64,000 nucleotides of DNA from contig OZ024753.1 in the NCBI GenBank assembly GCA_964016885.1, positions 12,462,001 to 12,526,000 on the forward strand, given 5' to 3'. This stretch comes from Eledone cirrhosa (Eukaryota). The notes below the pieces were generated by a model. The model did no database searches and was not told the DNA's origin. It saw nothing but the letters and a program-made list of their open reading frames with translations. This document shows positions 1 through 12,452 of this stretch, piece after piece (the stretch's first letter is position 1; each line of letters opens with the position of its first letter). The translations under genes and the position numbers were made by a program.

Positions 1-82
<82 letters not shown>

Positions 83-115
83 GAGTTTATGTTGGTTGTG
101 TACCAACACCTCAGG

Positions 116-152
<37 letters not shown>

Positions 153-186
153 TTACAATAATCAAAGTTCAGTTTAAGTCATTTAT

Positions 187-235
187 TTGCTTACAATTGT
201 TTCCTCCAAACCGAGGTTTGGATTCTTCGGAGCAA
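187..235 (-). ncRNA. Minimal type-I hammerhead ribozyme motif (U4C core variant)
   Basis: Minus strand reads UUGCU-CCGAAGA-a.UCCAAACC.uc.GGUUUGGA.g-GAAA-CAAUUG-UA-AGCAA. Stem I is UUGCU/AGCAA, stem II has 8 bp and stem III is palindromic. Next to (TA)n. Confidence 0.65.
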
Positions 236-440
236 CTATTTACTGATCTATAACATACTTGACCTCCTTTTCAACCCAAGAGACATATAAAACATATATA
301 TATGTATATGCAAAAGTTTTATTTAAAGTTGTTGGGTTACAACAAGTAAATATTTTATAACCGATATAAAGCACTCGACAAGTTTTTGGAGTAGATATAC
401 GATATTAAACAAATGGAAACTATATTTATAAAACCATATT

Positions 441-506
441 TATTTCATTATACATATTTCAGGGATACCATAATAAAAATAGGGCATGCCTTCGTCAGAT
501 AAAATA
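441..506 (-). ncRNA. Hammerhead ribozyme, family A left arm
   Basis: UAUUUUAU-CUGACGA-stem II-GAAA-UAUGUA-UA-AUGAAAUA on the minus strand. Confidence 0.75.
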
Positions 507-610
507 CAATATATAAGCAGTTTTATAAATAATTTTGACGTACCATAAATCTTAATGGTCGCTTATATTTATGGTACGTCAAAATTATTTATAAAACTGC
601 TTATATATTG

Positions 611-676
611 TATTTTATCTGACGAAGGCATGCCATATTTTTAATATGGTATCCCTGAAATATGTATAATGAAATA
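611..676 (+). ncRNA. Hammerhead ribozyme, family A right arm
   Basis: tattttat CTGACGA aggcatgccatatt ttt aatatggtatccct GAAA tatgta TA atgaaata. Stem I 8 bp, long stem II, minimal stem III, AUA cleavage triplet. Confidence 0.8.
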
Positions 677-1054
677 AATATGGTTTTATAAATATAGTTT
701 CCATTTGTTTAATATCGTATATATATATATATATATGGACGTTTATTTTGTATATGGGTACATCGTATCATTCTGATGTATTTTGGATTTTGACTGAGAT
801 AATCTGGACTCGCATATTTTTGTTAACTACTTGTACATTCTTGCAAGTATTAATTTAGGACATTACCAGAATATAACTTAATGCATATGCAAAACGACTA
901 ATACATTTATTAACGCTCTTCCAACAACTCTGCAATATATCTTAACACTATGACTTACTAAAGTAAACAAATCACTATTCTGATGGCCTCCAAAAGCAAC
1001 GGTCAATTTTTAAAGGGGTACGTCAATGTCTATTTATAAAACTGTTATATATTG

Positions 1055-1119
1055 TATTTTGTCTGATGAAGGCATACCATAATGTAACTTGGTATCCTTG
1101 AAATATATATAATGAAATA
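1055..1119 (+). ncRNA. Hammerhead ribozyme, family A
   Basis: tattttgt CTGATGA aggcatacca...tggtatcctt GAAA tatata TA atgaaata. Confidence 0.8.
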
Positions 1120-1155
1120 AATATGGTTTTATAAATATAGTTTCCATTTATTAAT

Positions 1156-1200
<45 letters not shown>

Positions 1201-1204
<4 letters not shown>

Positions 1205-1404
1205 TTAATATAGATGAGTTTCTACAGGACTAGAACTTTTTCATTCTTGAGAAATCATCAGGAATCTGCAGATTCAAGTTGATTTCTCAAGAATGAAACA
1301 GTTCTAGTCCTGTAGAATCTCATCTATATTAAAACTTTTATACTCTGCTATGTATTGAGTACCTAACTTACTGTTGTTACCTCAGATTCAACCAGGAATA
1401 ACTT
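1201..1404. mobile_element. Family D palindromic HHR mini-element
   Basis: Inverted arms 1201-1266 and 1271-1336 centred on gaatc-tgca-gattc. Minus-strand HHR at 1218-1266. The plus-arm core is mutated (aagttga). Tail 1337-1404 with TACTC..TTGAGTAC. Confidence 0.75.
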
Positions 1405-1411
1405 ACCTATA

Positions 1412-1467
<56 letters not shown>

Positions 1468-1536
1468 AGCACACTAATGCGCACACTCAAAAACACACAT
1501 ATAGACACACACACACACAAACACACACACACACGC

Positions 1537-1603
<67 letters not shown>

Positions 1604-1674
1604 TATACGAGTGTTTCTTTACATATGTGTATATATACATGTATATTTATGTTGAGAGAAAAGTGACGTCGAGC

Positions 1675-1721
<47 letters not shown>

Positions 1722-2274
1722 AAATATAGATATTTTCTCGTTTCATTTCTCTCTCTCTTTCTAACCTTCTAGAGAAGGTTAGAAAGAGAGAGAGAAATGA
1801 AACGAGAAAGAGATATAGAGAAAGAATATACCCCAGTACTGGACTAGTAGTTTTTTTAGCGACCTCGAGCGACTTAGAATAGTCATGTAATTCGTTACAT
1901 TTCACATATAAAAAGAAATATATAATGATTACTGTTTAGAGGACATAAATTGTTTGGTCATTCAAACGGTATGGAATGTCTGCGAGACGAGCTAAAGCTA
2001 TAAAAAGTGTGAAAAAAAAACCAAAAAAAAAAACCGAGACACAAAATGCTGTCCACTTACGATAGAAAGAATGCAAATGTGTTTCTGTGTTCGATCAACA
2101 TGTAATATGTCTGTAACTGCCAGCAATATTAGTATAATTATAACTTTACTCAGTTTATTGCATGAATTACTTAACGCCTACTAGAGTGCCACCATAAATC
2201 CTTATATCTCTAAATTGTTTCCAGTTCATGAAATATAAAACATATATCACATTTCTAATAAAATGGCTCTATAG

Positions 2275-3365
2275 CAGGCGCATGGGGTTTACACTAGTGA
2301 GGTTGTGAATTCGATTCTTGGTCCGGGTGATGCGTTGTGTCCTTGATCAATACACTTAATTTCATGTTGCTCCAGTTCACTCAGCTGTAGAAATGAGCTT
2401 CAACGTCACTGGTGCCAAGCTGTATCGGCCATTGTCTTTTATATCGACAACATCATATATATTGAGTATATAGTGTATATAGAGAGTATATAGTGTATAT
2501 ATAGAGTATATAGTGTATATATAGAGTATAGTGTATATGTATAGAGTGTATATATAGAGTATATACTGGATATATAGAGTATAGTGTATATATATAGAGA
2601 GTATAGTGTGTATATAGAGAGTATAGTGTATATATATATATAGTGTATACATAGAGTATAATGTATATATGGAGTAGAGAGTGTATATATGGAGTAGAGA
2701 GTGTATATATATAGTACAGTGTATATATATAGAGTATAGAGTGTATATAGAGAGTATAGTGTATATGCATAGAGTATAGAGTGTATATATAGAGTATAGT
2801 GTATATATAGAGAGTATAGAGTGTATATATGGAGTAGTGTATATATAGACTATAGTGTATATATAGAGTATAGAGTGTATATAGAGATTATAATGTATAT
2901 ATATAAAGTATATAGTGTATATATAGAGTATAGAGTGTATATATAGAGTATAGTGTATATATAGAGTGTATATATGGAGTAGAGATTGTATATATAGAGT
3001 AGAGATTGTATATATAGAATAGAGATTGTATATATAGAGTAGAGATTGTATATATAGAGTAGATATTGTATATATAGAGTAGAGATTGTATATATAGAGT
3101 AGAGATTGTATATATAGTGTATAGAGTGTATATATGGAGTAGAGAGTGTATATATAGAGTATAAAATATATATGTTGTGACGTCACTGGTACCAAGCTGT
3201 ATCAGCCATGACCTTTCTCTTGGACAACATCAGAGGCGTGGAGAGGGGAGACTGGTATATATAGGTGACTGCTGGTCTTCCACAAACAACCTTGCCCGGA
3301 CTTGTGCCTCGGAGTGGACTTTTTAGATGCAAATCACATGGTCATTCGTGACCGACGGAGGTCTT
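2275..3365 (+). mobile_element. tRNA-derived CORE-like SINE interrupted by a minisatellite
   Basis: B-box-like gaattcgattc and gtccttgatcaatacactt core at 2305-2360. The segment acgtcactggt(g/a)ccaagctgtatc is duplicated at ~2403 and ~3180 on either side of the array. Confidence 0.55.
2455..3175. repeat. ~18-22 bp minisatellite (gagtagagattgtatatata-like)
   Basis: Directly visible tandem units. Confidence 0.9.
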
Positions 3366-3509
3366 TACCCATACCACCCTTCAAATAAATATATATTAAG
3401 TCATCATACATATGGATGGAAGCAATCATCAGGGAGATATTGGAGTCTGCGGAAATAATTCAAATTTCTCTATATATATTTGTTATGATTTATATAATCG
3501 TTTCTTATA

Positions 3510-3710
3510 TAGGAACAAGGGCAACAATTTGGGAGGAGAGGGGGCATTCGATTAAATCGACCCCAGTGTGTGACTGGTACTTTATTTTACCGACCCCGTA
3601 AGGATGAAAGGCGAAGTTAACCTTGGCGAGATTTGAACTCAGATCATAAAGGGCCGTAACTCTATGCTGAAAAGCATGGCGCCCGACCCTCTACCGATAT
3701 TGCCAGTCCA
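3510..3710 (-). mobile_element. tRNA-derived SINE family 1
   Basis: Reverse complement has A box tggcaatatcgg, B box gagttcaaatc and ctttcatccttacggggtcg..aaaataaagtacc. Confidence 0.8.
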
Positions 3711-4819
3711 TGGTTTATATAATAAGAGAAACTACTGTAAGAATTCGTACGTGTTCATTAATATAAAACAAAACATTTAATAATCATGTATTGTCTTCTG
3801 TTTATCCAACATACAATTTTATACATGGTAGTTGTAATATAACGATGTAAGCAAACTTTAAAACATTTACATCTTATACGTTTGCTTACGTCTGATTAGA
3901 ATTGAAATATTATATAGATAAAAATATACATTAACTATGTGAATCACTCTATTTGAAATGTTTTTATTGATTAATCATAGAAAGAAAGAAATGGGATAGG
4001 AATTGGTAGAGGTGTTCTATATTTATAAACGTGAAGTGTCATTATTAAGAATTCAAATCAATAACTGATTTAAATTGTCTAACATTATTTTTGTTACTGT
4101 TTTCTTGTTAAACTGAGCTACCATTAACAAAATGTTTTGGAAAATTGTATGAAAAAAATAAAGACAACTTTCTGATGAAAGAGACTTCTTTCAAATATAG
4201 TCTTAAATATTCTATGAGTTTTTCTAGTTGAATACAAGCTGAAATAAATTATTCGATAAACGATATGTTGCTTCAAAATTGGGTGAGATGTTATATTTAA
4301 ATATTCATAGATAGTGTATATATGAAGACGAAAGTTTATATACGACAGGACCTTTAATACGGAAAGATATATATTTTAGTATCAATAGTTAAATAAATCT
4401 CCATTTTGTTTATCGTAAACCACAACCTACAATGCTGAATACTCTAAAACAGTGACTAACTTCTAGAATATAAAGAATATATATAATATATATAGAATAT
4501 ATATTACCTTCGCAACGTGTTATGGTCGTGTTATGGTGTGTTATGGTCCACCTGGTATCTTACGACACCCTCTTTGTTATATATATATATATATGGGTAT
4601 GTATATATATATATGGGTATTTATATTTATATATATATATATAAATATAAATATTTATGATATATATATATATCTATATTAGAAAGTGAGGCTTTTTTTA
4701 CAAAATGAAAAATAACCGAGGTATCCTACACGAGTGAAAGTATAAAGAAAAAGAGATGAAATCGAAAATGCAACTGGAGTCTTATTTTAAAAAAAATATA
4801 TATATATATTTATTTGGTT

Positions 4820-4857
4820 CCTTTACCGGTTTCGCAGTTCTTCTGCTTTTCAAAAGG
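4820..4857 (-). ncRNA. Hammerhead ribozyme with U3-A8 compensatory core
   Basis: Minus strand: CCUU-UUGAAAA-GCAG.aagaa.CUGC-GAAA-CCGG-UA-AAGG. Confidence 0.7.
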
Positions 4858-4904
4858 TGAGTTGAGATGGAGGGTCTGTGGTTTTTCTCACATCAGATGT
4901 GAGA

Positions 4905-5035
4905 AAATATATATGTATGTATATATATATGTATGGGTATTTATATATATATGTATGTATATATATATATATATATGTATGGGTATTTATATATATATGT
5001 ATGTATATATATATATATGTATGGGTATTTATATA

Positions 5036-5080
<45 letters not shown>

Positions 5081-5085
5081 ATGGG

Positions 5086-5156
<71 letters not shown>

Positions 5157-5177
5157 GTATATATATATATATATATG

Positions 5178-5216
<39 letters not shown>

Positions 5217-5245
5217 GTATATATATATATATATATATATATATG

Positions 5246-5342
<97 letters not shown>

Positions 5343-5343
5343 G

Positions 5344-5392
<49 letters not shown>
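4905..5392. repeat. (TA)n array interrupted by recurrent GGGT
   Basis: Repeated atgggtat cassettes with variable TA spacers. Confidence 0.9.
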
Positions 5393-5395
<3 letters not shown>

Positions 5396-6580
5396 TCGTG
5401 CGGTACTGTAAGAAAAATAGACGGGGACATCATATACTCTAGATGTAAACACTTGCTTTGATATTATTTCACATTGCTAACCCTGTAAATGGGGCATTCT
5501 ACCAAGTAGTTAAGATTTAAATTAATTATATAATTCAATAATGTAATGATAAGTCTTCGTTAATTGTTAAATCTATTTACAAAGAAGACTTACGAATAAT
5601 TACTGTAAAATATTTTATTTAACTTTGAGTTAGCATAACATGCTACTACTAATTAATTTAAGCATGTTAAACATTCTTTTTTCCCTAAAAACATTTTCCA
5701 ATATATTTTGTTGAACGTAACTAAGTTTAAAACAATGAATTGTTTACAAAACTAAAGATATCAAGTTAGATAATTGAACAGTGATATTGATCTGCTAATA
5801 AGTAGAACCCATTATCATCACATTATCTTCTTTTCATTCTAATAATGGTCGATGCAAAGTCACTTTTGTTTTACATGTTGATGTAGATGACTAAGCGTTT
5901 TATAAAATATTTTCTCTAATGCAATTGTCATCCAAATGTAACCATAACTTGCAGATCTGAAATAGTTCAAAACTGTTTACGACGGTATCTGATGGCAGTT
6001 TCTATAGAAGATGATGTATGAGAGATAACATTTATTAAACCTTGTACTTTGAGATATAACTACAGGGATATTATATTAGGTTCTATTTTACACAAAGAAA
6101 AACCCACACTGTATCATCCTGTACCGTCTTTAATAATACCTTAATGTCAGCCCTGTGTGGCTAATAAAGACATTATCATTAGTCACAACAATTGTAGAAT
6201 GTACACTATTGAGTCTATACATAAACAGACTCATTAACTGCTTAATGAACACAACCACAGGGATATGGTCCGAACGTGTAAGAGCCGAACTCCCACTGTC
6301 ATCGCCTCCATCTCTCTCGTCCTCTAAGCTTTCTTTAAATACAATAATTTCTATGCCATCTTGAAGTAAATATATCTATTTACAAACAGTTGACACGTAA
6401 ATAAATACAATAGTTTAAAAAAAAGTCATTCAATACATATATGAAAGTGACGTCCGAACGAGTATTTTCCACTACCAACTAAATAAGCCTCCATCTTTAT
6501 ATCTTGTGCATTGTAGTACTGTCAATGATTAAGATAAACTTATATATTCTCATATACATACTAAACCAATAATTGATATA

Positions 6581-6755
6581 CAGTGAAATTCCGTTATAAC
6601 GAAATTCACGGGGTATAAACAAAATTTGTTGTAATGAAAAATTCCTTAGAACCAGATCGACCGAAACAGATCGAACGTTTGTTTATTATTATTTTGGGTA
6701 TTGCAAAACATTTCGTTATACTGAAAACATTCTTTATAATGGATTTTCACCACTG
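6581..6755. mobile_element. pogo/Tigger-type MITE
   Basis: TA|CAGTGAAATTCCGTTATAA ... TTATAATGGATTTTCACCACTG|TA. Second copy at 8114-8286. Confidence 0.7.
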
Positions 6756-6982
6756 TAATCTACTATATAGAAGGTCTCCCTCAAAATATATACACACTTC
6801 AACAGCATTTTAATAAATATTGCCTGTACAGGTAATCAAACTGTGTATACATTTTTGTGGAGACACCCTGTATATACGCTTGTAATGAAAGGGACAATAT
6901 TTAAATCTAAAACTGATTTTTCTACAAGTATAAAATTGAATATTTTCTTTAATATTTTAGGGCCTTAAGAAAGACCCATTTA

Positions 6983-7483
6983 ATGATGAAAGTGGTAGAA
7001 AAGCCAGGAACTACCATAAAATCCCTGATCAGCAGAACATACCCCTTTAAGAAAATCCACTCTACAAATAAGAAATGTGTTATATGTAAAATGAACCCCC
7101 AGATACATTTTAAAAATAGAAATGTAGTCTATAGCATAAGATGTACAGAGGTTACTTGCAGAAACATGACTACAGCATATATAGGTGAAACAGCTCGTAG
7201 CATAGTAGAAGGAATAGAGCAACACTGGGGGGAACTAAAAGGACAAAAGAAAATCCGTTCTGTACTATATGAACATGCCAGACAAAGACATGACGGTAAT
7301 ATAGACAGCATAGAAATTAAAATAATATCCAAACATAGAAATGACCCAACAGGTAGGCAAATCAGAGAAACAACTGAGATAGAACTAAAAAGACCAAAGT
7401 TAAACAGAAAAAATGAATGGAATAACAACAACCATTCCCAAACAAACAATACTGACTTAAGGAAAATACAAATAAATACATAA
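6983..7483 (+). pseudogene. Penelope-like retroelement 3' fragment: GIY-YIG endonuclease
   Basis: KVVEKPG..CVIC..NVVYSIRC..AYIGETAR..EHAR..RQIRE..LNRKNEW are GIY-YIG motifs of PLE type. 5'-truncated, with a degenerate HHR ~220 nt downstream. Confidence 0.85.
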
Positions 7484-7697
7484 ATAAATATTTACAAAGT
7501 TTCAATAACAACTACATATAAACACACAGTAGTAAACAAAGATAGAATACAAAAACAAAAATACATACTCAAACGCGAACACACACACCAAACATTATAC
7601 ACACACTCAAAACGCATGTGCGGAGACAGAGACAAGAAGAAATAAATAAAAATAAAAATGGCGTAGACATACAATACAATAGGGGGAAACATATTAG

Positions 7698-7741
7698 TAC
7701 CACTGATGATGTCGCAGATGTGCAACGAAAGAACTTTGATA
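7698..7741 (+). ncRNA. Degenerate hammerhead in the 3' pLTR of the GIY-YIG PLE
   Basis: tacca CTGATGA t gtcgca gatg tgcaac GAAA gaac TT tgata. One mismatch each in stems I and II. Confidence 0.6.
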
Positions 7742-7960
7742 GACTATATATATATTTATATCTGTATTGATAACCGTTTGTCAGTCAATGATAAACATTG
7801 ATTGCCAAATAAATTAACTATGGAGATATAAAAGATACAGAAGCGAAAACCAACCAAACAATGAGTGTGTTATTATTTCTGGCAATATTATAACAATATG
7901 ACCCTCCCCCAGTATAACAATATATATATATATTTGTATATGTATATTTGTATATGTATT

Positions 7961-8046
<86 letters not shown>

Positions 8047-8113
8047 AATACATATACAAATGAGAAAATCTCGATCAGAAACAAAATTGTTTATATATAT
8101 ATATATATATTTA

Positions 8114-8286
8114 CAGTGAAATTCCCTTATAACGAAATTCGCGGGGTATAAAAATATTCGTTGTAACGAAAAAATCTTTATAAGGAAATTGACCTAATAC
8201 ATCGAGCGTGTGGCCGGGGATAGAAAAACAATCGTTATACTGAAAAATTCGTTATAATGGTATTCGTCATAATGGAGTTTTACCTG
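8114..8286. mobile_element. pogo/Tigger-type MITE (copy 2)
   Basis: TA|CAGTGAAATTCCCTTATAACGAA ... TTCGTCATAATGGAGTTTTACCTG|TA. Confidence 0.7.
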
Positions 8287-8350
8287 TATATATACATAGA
8301 GAGAAAGATAGACATGTATGTGGGCATGTGTCCTTATATATAATATAATA

Positions 8351-8575
8351 TATGTTGATTTAAAACTTCACTATTCACAAGTGTTTTCTAAGCATCATAT
8401 CATGTATCCCTATTTTATCTGATGAGAACGCAGATATCATCCCATGATGATATTTGTTTTTGAAATGCGCATAATAAAATACTTGGAACTCTTTTAACCA
8501 TCTTTTGATCTTATATTATTTATACTCCAGTCCTACAAACTGTTGAGTGCTACTTATCCGATATTTGCATTGCTT
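8351..8575 (+). mobile_element. Family G HHR mini-element with tail
   Basis: Matches 17461-17625. Has an extra tail with TACTC (8523)..TTGAGTGC (8543). Confidence 0.7.
8411..8481 (+). ncRNA. Hammerhead ribozyme, family G
   Basis: tattttat CTGATGA gaacgcagatatcatc ccat gatgatatttgttttt GAAA tgcgca TA ataaaata. Perfect 8-bp stem I and palindromic UGCGCA stem III. Confidence 0.85.
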
Positions 8576-8603
8576 TATTGTGCTACAATAAAACACACCT
8601 CCT

Positions 8604-8742
<139 letters not shown>

Positions 8743-8776
8743 GGTATGATGTGTTTATGTATCTATGTATATATAA

Positions 8777-8831
<55 letters not shown>

Positions 8832-8865
8832 GGTATGTTGTGTTTATGTGTCTATGTATATATAA

Positions 8866-8901
<36 letters not shown>

Positions 8902-8930
8902 TTATTGTGCTACAATAAAACACACCTCCT

Positions 8931-8999
<69 letters not shown>

Positions 9000-9033
9000 G
9001 GTATGATGTGTTTATGTATCTATGTATATATAA

Positions 9034-9076
<43 letters not shown>

Positions 9077-9110
9077 GGTATGTTGTGTTTATGTGTCTAT
9101 GTATATATAA

Positions 9111-9163
<53 letters not shown>

Positions 9164-9270
9164 ATGCGGCTATGTTGTGTTTATGTATCTATGTATATAT
9201 AAATATATATAAATATGTATATATATATATATATATATATAAATATGTATATATATATATATATATATAA

Positions 9271-9320
<50 letters not shown>

Positions 9321-10029
9321 GTAGATATATGTGTGTGTATGTATTTGTATATTTCTTCGTGTATATCGATATTTCAGATATGTTGTACTACATGTAATAT
9401 ACATTTCTCTTTCATTGGTTTCTGACGACATTACATCATTGAAACCACGTTCAATAATTTCCTTTTCATATGTTTTCTTATTTTTTCCAATATCCTCTCG
9501 AATCGATTAAGAGGATTGAATGAATAAAGGTAGCGTGCTATCATTATATTCGTCTTCAATCTATGTCACCGTTGAAATACCTGAAAATAAGTTATTTTGA
9601 AGAATGCGATAGATTTCACTCTGGTTCTGTAGGAGCCACGATATCCCACTCAATAATTCTCTTCCTGTGTGTATTTCTTAAGGCAGGAATGAATCAATAA
9701 ACTGTACGTGACATCCTTTATTATATTCTCTACACGGAATTTTTTTCGAGTGACCCTCTTTAGTAATGTGTAAACCTCAGGACTGGATTTGTATTGGGCT
9801 GTAACGCATTTTCTTCTTCTAATCTTCCCCCGAATGACATTTGCACCGTAGAAATGTAAAGAAAAAGTAGTTTTGCGTTAGATATTTACACAAATACAAA
9901 TGGCAAATGGTAATCTCGTGTGTTTCTCGTACCCTAACGTGCTGTTGGGTGTGTTGAAAACAATCTGTTCAACCATAGTAATAATGCATGTTTATATATT
10001 GCTTATCTAAGGTTGCATTACACATTACA

Positions 10030-10908
10030 ATAAACACCGTACTCTCTTTCATTATAATAACCCACCGTACTCTATATCATTATATTACCACCGTACTCTA
10101 TATTATTACAATAACCACCGTACTCTATATTATTACAATAACCACCGTACTCTATATTATTACAATAACCCACCGTACTCTATATTATTACAATAACCCA
10201 CCGTACTCTATATTATTACAATAACCACCGTACTCTATATCATTACAATAACCATCGTACTCTATATCATTACAATAGCCACCGTACTCTATATCATTAC
10301 AATAACCCCCGTACTCTATATTATTACAATAACCACCGTACTCTATACCATTATAATAACCCACCGTACTCTATATCATTATAATAACCCACCGTACTCT
10401 ATATCATTACAATAACCACCGTACTCTATATTATTACAATAACCACCGTACTCTATACCATTACAATAACCACTGTACTCTATATCATTACAATAACCAT
10501 CGTACTCTATATCATTACAATAGCCACCGTACTCTACATCATTACAATAACCACTGTACTCTATATTATTACAATAGCCATTGTACTCTATATAATTACA
10601 ATAACCACCGTACTCTATACCATTACAATAACCACCGTACTCTACATCATTACAATAACCACCGTACTCTATATTATTACAATAACCACCGTACTCTATA
10701 TCATTACAATAACCACCGTACTCTATATTATTACAATAACCACCGTACTCTATATTATTACAATAACCCACCGTACCCTATATCATCACAATAACCACCG
10801 TACTCTATATCATTACAATAACCACTGTACTCTATATCATTACAATAACCACAGTACTCTACATCATTACAATAACCACCGTACTCTATATCATTACAAT
10901 AACCACCC
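10030..10908. repeat. 24-25 bp minisatellite (ccgtactctatattattacaataacca-like)
   Basis: More than 30 visible tandem units. Confidence 0.95.
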
Positions 10909-11129
10909 TTATCTTAATGATTAGTTGACATGTATTTTGTGATTTAATGTTTTTTAATGCCTCAGTACCAAACATGGCGTCAAGCCACTCACAGTAAAGG
11001 AGAATGAAAAATGAGAAGGCGAAAGGCGTTGAAAGGGTTAGGGAACATGTATCATTTACGAATGTATTGCCGTGTCCTTATTTAAATGTTTTGTAAGAGG
11101 AGAAACGTAAATTATTTCGTGGAATACAA

Positions 11130-11410
11130 ATTCAGTGATCTCAGCTGCGATACTATGGGCAGGTGGTTAGATAATCTCAGGAAAGAATCGCTGGACAGAT
11201 TTTACGGGCGAAACCAGCTTGTAGGAGACCCCGGGGGTCGATCCGGAGAAAGATGTTTGGATAACATGCACGAGCTTGGTTGGTCACGCTTGGGGTATAT
11301 AGCCGGATCAGTTCGAGATGGGTGGTTCTGACAGGACCTGTTGGATGGAGTGTTTGAGGACCATGCCCCCAGGACCCTTCCAGGAATAAGTGGCGAAGAA
11401 AGTAAGAAGA
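11130..11410 (+). mobile_element. RTE-type LINE 3' end fragment
   Basis: ctcaggaaagaatcgctggacagattttacgggcg.. matches 46693-46920. Confidence 0.65.
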
Positions 11411-12022
11411 GGAACGATATCTGAGATCAAGTAATGACAATATGGGGAAGATCGATTACAACTTTATGAATTAATAGAACATTCCTAAGAAAATTATGAC
11501 AGAGAAAAATAGTGTATATATGATAGACTTTAAATGGCAGCAGCGATGAACTATTTCATGTAAGGAGATATGTACTTATCAGGGCTTTCTTGACGATTTT
11601 CTTCGAAAGATCCGGTTTTACTCCTCTAGAAGCCATTTTTATATTTAATTTGTTATATATATATCAATGATATTAATAAATGGAAACTATCTTTATAAAA
11701 CCATATTTATTCTATTATATATATTTCAAGGGTACCAAAACTTTGGTACGCTTTGGTACACCCAAATTCAGATATAGTAGGTGTCGAGGGAGCTGGGTTG
11801 GTCATGTGATTAACATAGGATATAGATATCTGTGTGTCACTCTATCTTGTTCACCTTCTCCCTCTATCTCTCACTCTCTCTCCTGTTTTCCATTACCCAT
11901 TCTCCTTACCTACACGAACATTAACACACACACAGAACCAGACAGACATACCCCCCCCCCCTACACAAATATAGATACAGAAACATATATATAGAGATGT
12001 AGAGATATAGATATATGTAAAT

Positions 12023-12057
<35 letters not shown>

Positions 12058-12058
<1 letters not shown>

Positions 12059-12272
12059 GTAATAATAATAAATTTGAAGACTAAAATCCAAAGAGGGCTC
12101 CATAAGGATAAATATATATCAAATATATAAGAACCGTAGAGCAAATATTTATTAAAATAACAGATTAAAGTTTAAGCAAAGAATCGCTGCTTTCATCCTT
12201 AACGGGATCTTCTGAAACTAACAAAGTCAATCTGTGAACGCAGAAGTGAATATTACCGTCTGGGTCCTGACT
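12058..12272. mobile_element. Family E arm (minus, HHR 12169-12219) joined to a C' short arm (plus)
   Basis: Minus strand: AGUUU-CAGAAGA-u.CCC.guuaa.GGA.u-GAAA-GCA..UGC-UU-AAACU. Followed by ccgtctgggtcctgactcttttcctat then (TA)n. Confidence 0.7.
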
Positions 12273-12277
12273 CTTTT

Positions 12278-12322
<45 letters not shown>

Positions 12323-12327
<5 letters not shown>

Positions 12328-12452
12328 AAAAGAGTCAGGACCTAGACGGCTGAGCGGCCGTTTTGACTGCTAGATCCGAACTATTACCCACTCATTCGAC
12401 TACTCAAGTGCGTTCTGGCCAACCTGGTATCTTACCACGCCATCTTTGTTAT
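12323..12452. mobile_element. Family C' element
   Basis: ataggaaaagagtcaggacc.. arm plus tail ctattacccactc...cctggtatcttaccacgccatctttgtta, related to family C. Confidence 0.6.

Larger units (their letters stand above)
310..722. mobile_element. Family A palindromic HHR mini-element (non-autonomous PLE-like)
   Basis: Inverted arms 395-550 and 567-722 with a 16-nt spacer. The left arm extends into a tail (310-394). TA repeats on both sides. Other copies at ~1015-1160, 11670-11737, 17991-18200, 19421-19830 and 55481-55650. Confidence 0.8.

Noticed and set aside
9415-9468. CTGACGA..GAAAC hammerhead-like spacing
   Set aside because: Stems I and II do not pair convincingly.
9500-9595. Possible minus-strand exon after a ttttcag acceptor
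   Set aside because: Stops within a few codons in all frames and no partner exons found.
10379-10771. GYCNNIEYG repeat protein, or a CRISPR-like array
   Set aside because: Contiguous 24-bp minisatellite with frame-breaking 25-bp units and no unique spacers. Eukaryotic context with no cas genes.
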